Source: Bdellovibrionales bacterium (GTDB taxonomy: Bacteria; Bdellovibrionota; Bdellovibrionia; Bdellovibrionales; CAYMLA01). Taken from it: a stretch of 64,000 bases of DNA. Both the position numbers and the translations under genes were made by a program. This document shows positions 60,859-64,000 of this stretch, piece by piece (the first letter of the stretch is position 1; every line of letters starts with the position of its first letter). The notes under the pieces were generated by a model, which was not told the origin of the DNA, ran no database searches, and saw only the letters and a list, made by a program, of their open reading frames with translations. The stretch covers positions 1,632,001 through 1,696,000 of the forward strand of contig OZ244239.1 of assembly GCA_965217115.1 (NCBI GenBank), in the 5' to 3' direction.

Positions 60859-62370
60859 ATGAAGGGAAAATACATATTAGCGATAGATCAGGGAACAACA
60901 GGAACAACTGTTTGTTTGATGGATCGTCGTGGACGTTTTTTGGGTAAAGAGAATAAAGAATTTGAACAAGTTTTCCCTCAACCAGGATGGGTTGAGCACG
61001 ATTTGGAGAATATTTGGAAATCAACAGTATCAACAATAAATCGCGTGATACAAAAAACAAAAATTAATTCTAAAGAAATCATTGGCATAGGAATAACAAA
61101 TCAAAGAGAAACAGTAGGCATTTGGAATAGACAAACAGGAAAACCTATTTACAACGCCATTGTCTGGCAATGTCGAAGGACGGCCAAGGACTGTGAGAGA
61201 ATAAAAAAAACCATGCATCGTGAATATATAGAAAAAACAACAGGGCTTGTTATTGACCCTTATTTTTCAGCAACAAAAATAGGTTGGTTATTAAAAAATG
61301 TGAAAGGGGCCAGAGAGCAAGTAAAGAAGGGAAACCTAGTTGCTGGGAATATAGACACATTCCTATTATGGAGATTAACAGGTGGGAAAACCCATAAAAC
61401 AGATATTTCAAATGCTTCACGGACGCAATTAATGAATTTAAAAACAGGAAAATGGGATCATAAGTTACTAAAAATATTTTCTATTTCTAAAGATATTTTG
61501 CCAGAGATATCTTCTAATAACAGCGTCTTTGGATTCACTGAAGGGGTTAAGGGGTTGCCTGATGGAATTCCTATTTCGGGAATGATTGGTGATCAGCAAG
61601 CTGCTCTTTTTGGACAGGCTTGTTTTGAGGCAGGTGAGGCTAAGTGCACTTATGGAACGGGAAGTTTTTTGCTAATGAACACAGGTCATAAAATAGTTTC
61701 ATCAGAGAATCGCCTGTTAACGACAGTTGCTTGGCAACTAGAGGGGAAGGGGAAAATAACTTATGCCCTAGAGGGAGGAGCTTTTGTTTGTGGATCGGCT
61801 GTGCAGTGGTTGCGTGATGGCTTAGGAATTATTAAAAAGAGTTCTGATATAGAGAGCCTTGCCGAAAAAGTGGAGAGCAGTGAAGGTGTTGAGTTTATTC
61901 CTGCTCTAACGGGTTTAGGGGCTCCTCATTGGAAGCCTGAAGCCAGAGGAAATATTTCTGGGTTAACTCGAGGAACGACAGTGGAACATATTGCACGGGC
62001 GACCTTAGATGGAATGGCTTTACAAAATGTAGAAATTTTGAATTGTATGCAGAGAGATGCAAAGAAAAAACTTAAAAGCCTGAAAGTAGATGGCGGAGCT
62101 TGCACCAATAATTTATTGATGCAAATACAATCTGATTTAGCAGAGACGATCTTGACTCGTCCACAAATTACTGAAACCACTGCAGCAGGCGCAGCTTATA
62201 TGGCTGGTTTAGGAATAGGATTTTGGAAAAACTTAGAGGAGATTCGTCAAATTTGTAAGGAGGATAAAGCTTTTCATCCCCAGAGGACAAAGCGTCAGGT
62301 AAGAGAGCGTCTTCGAGCTTGGCAATTGGCAGTAGAGAGATCAACGTTGAGTCGTTCTTATAAAAGTTGA
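60859..62370 (+). CDS. glpK: Glycerol kinase
   Basis: AIDQGTTG, GITNQRET, IVWQCRR, GDQQAALFGQ, KCTYGTG, GLGAPHW. Confidence 0.97.
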   Translation: MKGKYILAIDQGTTGTTVCLMDRRGRFLGKENKEFEQVFPQPGWVEHDLENIWKSTVSTINRVIQKTKINSKEIIGIGITNQRETVGIWNRQTGKPIYNAIVWQCRRTAKDCERIKKTMHREYIEKTTGLVIDPYFSATKIGWLLKNVKGAREQVKKGNLVAGNIDTFLLWRLTGGKTHKTDISNASRTQLMNLKTGKWDHKLLKIFSISKDILPEISSNNSVFGFTEGVKGLPDGIPISGMIGDQQAALFGQACFEAGEAKCTYGTGSFLLMNTGHKIVSSENRLLTTVAWQLEGKGKITYALEGGAFVCGSAVQWLRDGLGIIKKSSDIESLAEKVESSEGVEFIPALTGLGAPHWKPEARGNISGLTRGTTVEHIARATLDGMALQNVEILNCMQRDAKKKLKSLKVDGGACTNNLLMQIQSDLAETILTRPQITETTAAGAAYMAGLGIGFWKNLEEIRQICKEDKAFHPQRTKRQVRERLRAWQLAVERSTLSRSYKS

Positions 62371-63752
62371 GAGAGATTTTTTATGTGTTTAATCCAATGA
62401 ATGCTCTTTTCTTTGGGAAGCTTTAGTTCTTTAAGATGCTTCTTATTTGCAAAGGGAATAATAAAGGTATCAAACCCTAATTTATCAGCTTCGCGTATGC
62501 GTAGGTCGGCAAAGGAGACACCTCGAACTTCTCCTGTTAGGCCAATCTCACCGAAAAAAAGAGTATTATTTTTAATCTCTTTATAATTATCACTTGATAT
62601 AAGGGCGGCAGCGACAGCTAGGTCTGAAGCTGGCTCTACAAGCTTAAGTCCACCGACAACATTGATAAATATATCAGAAGAATTGAGTGATAGCTTAAGG
62701 TGTCTGCCAAGAACGGCAATGAGTAGGTGAAGACGGTTAACGTCAGTGCCGATGGCGGTTCTTCTCGGCATAGCCATTGGCGTGGAATTAGACAGGGCTT
62801 GCACTTCACACAGCAGAGGTCGACTGCCCTCCATGGAGGCAAACACGGCTGAACCGATAAGATGCTCACCTCTTTCTTCAAGAAACATTTCTGAAGGGTT
62901 TGAGACTTCGGCAAGTCCTTCGGAGTTCATTTGAAAGACTCCAAGTTCGTGTGTGGCTCCAAAGCGATTTTTAATGGCCCTTAATAAGCGAAAGCCGTAG
63001 TTCATATCTCCTTCGAAGGAGAGAACAGTATCGACCATGTGTTCTAGAACTTTGGGGCCAGCGATTTGCCCATCTTTTGTGACGTGACCGATAAGAATAA
63101 CAGAAATATTTTCTGACTTGGCTAGAGTCATTAAGTGACCAGCACATTCGCGGATTTGTGAAACAGTTCCAGGGGTTGAGTTAAGTTCGGGAAGAAAAAC
63201 GGTTTGAATAGAATCAATGATAAGAACATTCGGTTTTTTCTTTCGTACGAGATCAGTGATTTTTAGAAGATCATTTTCACTGCCGATTTCAACGTTGGAC
63301 TGAATTACGCCAAGTCTCTGGGCGCGAGAGCCTGATTGTGCGACACTCTCTTCACCTGAAATATACACCACATGACTATTGTTTTTTCCCAAGCCTCCAG
63401 CCATTTGCATTAAAAGAGTGCTTTTTCCAACCCCAGGTTCTCCCCCGAGAAGGACAAAACTTCCAGAGACAAGGCCACCCCCTAAAACACGATCGAGTTC
63501 GCTGATATTTGTTTGATAACGATTGACCTTGAGGGCTTCAAACTTGGCATTGAGGGGAATGAGGGACGTTGAGGAGGATGAGGTTTCTTTTTGAATGGCC
63601 CAGCCCTGGGTTTTAGTGCTGTGGGTGTTGTCTCGAAAGGTCTCTTCGACAAAGGTATCCCAAGCTCCACAATCAGTGCAACGACCTTCCCATTTGGGGC
63701 GTTGAGCACCGCATTTCTGGCAGGAGTAGACGGTTTTACTTTTCTTAGCCAT
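62358..63752 (-). CDS. radA: DNA repair protein RadA/Sms
   Basis: C4 zinc finger, GEPGVGKSTL, GHVTKDG, KNRFG, GEIGLTGEVR. Confidence 0.97.
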   Translation of the reverse strand: MAKKSKTVYSCQKCGAQRPKWEGRCTDCGAWDTFVEETFRDNTHSTKTQGWAIQKETSSSSTSLIPLNAKFEALKVNRYQTNISELDRVLGGGLVSGSFVLLGGEPGVGKSTLLMQMAGGLGKNNSHVVYISGEESVAQSGSRAQRLGVIQSNVEIGSENDLLKITDLVRKKKPNVLIIDSIQTVFLPELNSTPGTVSQIRECAGHLMTLAKSENISVILIGHVTKDGQIAGPKVLEHMVDTVLSFEGDMNYGFRLLRAIKNRFGATHELGVFQMNSEGLAEVSNPSEMFLEERGEHLIGSAVFASMEGSRPLLCEVQALSNSTPMAMPRRTAIGTDVNRLHLLIAVLGRHLKLSLNSSDIFINVVGGLKLVEPASDLAVAAALISSDNYKEIKNNTLFFGEIGLTGEVRGVSFADLRIREADKLGFDTFIIPFANKKHLKELKLPKEKSIHWIKHIKNLSQLL

Positions 63753-63887
63753 GGAGGGAATAAGACTAGGGATAGTTTTGTTTTTTGTAAAGAATTCATA
63801 ACCCAAGAAAACACTGCACTGAGTCATAAAAATCTGTTATAAGGCTTCTATATGGTGAAAATCAGACTTTTTAAGGAGCTAAAAAAA

Positions 63888-64000
63888 ATGGTTAAAAGTA
63901 TGTTTTTAAATCCAATAAAATTGTTTTTAGTGATGTTTTTTTTGAACTCTTTAGTTATGGCAGAGGGGCCTTACTCGGAAGAACTGTTTAACTCGATAGA
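63888..64000 (+). CDS. 5' fragment of a probable secreted protein (runs off the window)
   Basis: SD AAGGAG; open frame MVKSMFLNPIKLFLVMFFLNSLVMAEGP... to the window end. Confidence 0.5.
   Translation, partial: MVKSMFLNPIKLFLVMFFLNSLVMAEGPYSEELFNSI

Overview
A gene-dense bacterial chromosome segment. The + strand is consistently G/T-rich, so it is probably the leading strand. Gene content (nuoB-CD-E-F-G-I without the membrane subunits, long-form phenylalanine hydroxylase, Tad/Flp parts, PilZ and H1-like proteins, many secreted hydrolases) suggests a Bdellovibrionota-type organism; this is inference. Most of the window is housekeeping: an aldolase-mtnA-mtnP salvage operon, phnDCE, trmFO, HU, pfkA, hldD/gmhB/GT9, an opp ABC operon, glmUS, partial complex I, mgtE-recO, a Xer-like recombinase, tadA plus secretin, a membrane pyrophosphatase, lpxD, glpK and radA. 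No rRNA, tRNA, CRISPR array, transposase or reverse transcriptase was seen. The most unusual signal is non-coding: a family of long hairpin elements at about 25.34-25.46 kb (-), 33.17-33.29 kb (+) and twice at 41.68-41.98 kb (+). Their stems differ in sequence but stay paired through compensatory changes, and all keep the same core, GAGTTYGGMTTGG...CAAMCGnnTGTYTGA. The 41.6-42.05 kb locus is bounded by 18-bp terminal inverted repeats and an 8-bp target-site duplication (MITE-like). The other two copies carry G-rich GGGAACA-type repeat tails. A small accessory island lies just downstream of glmS.
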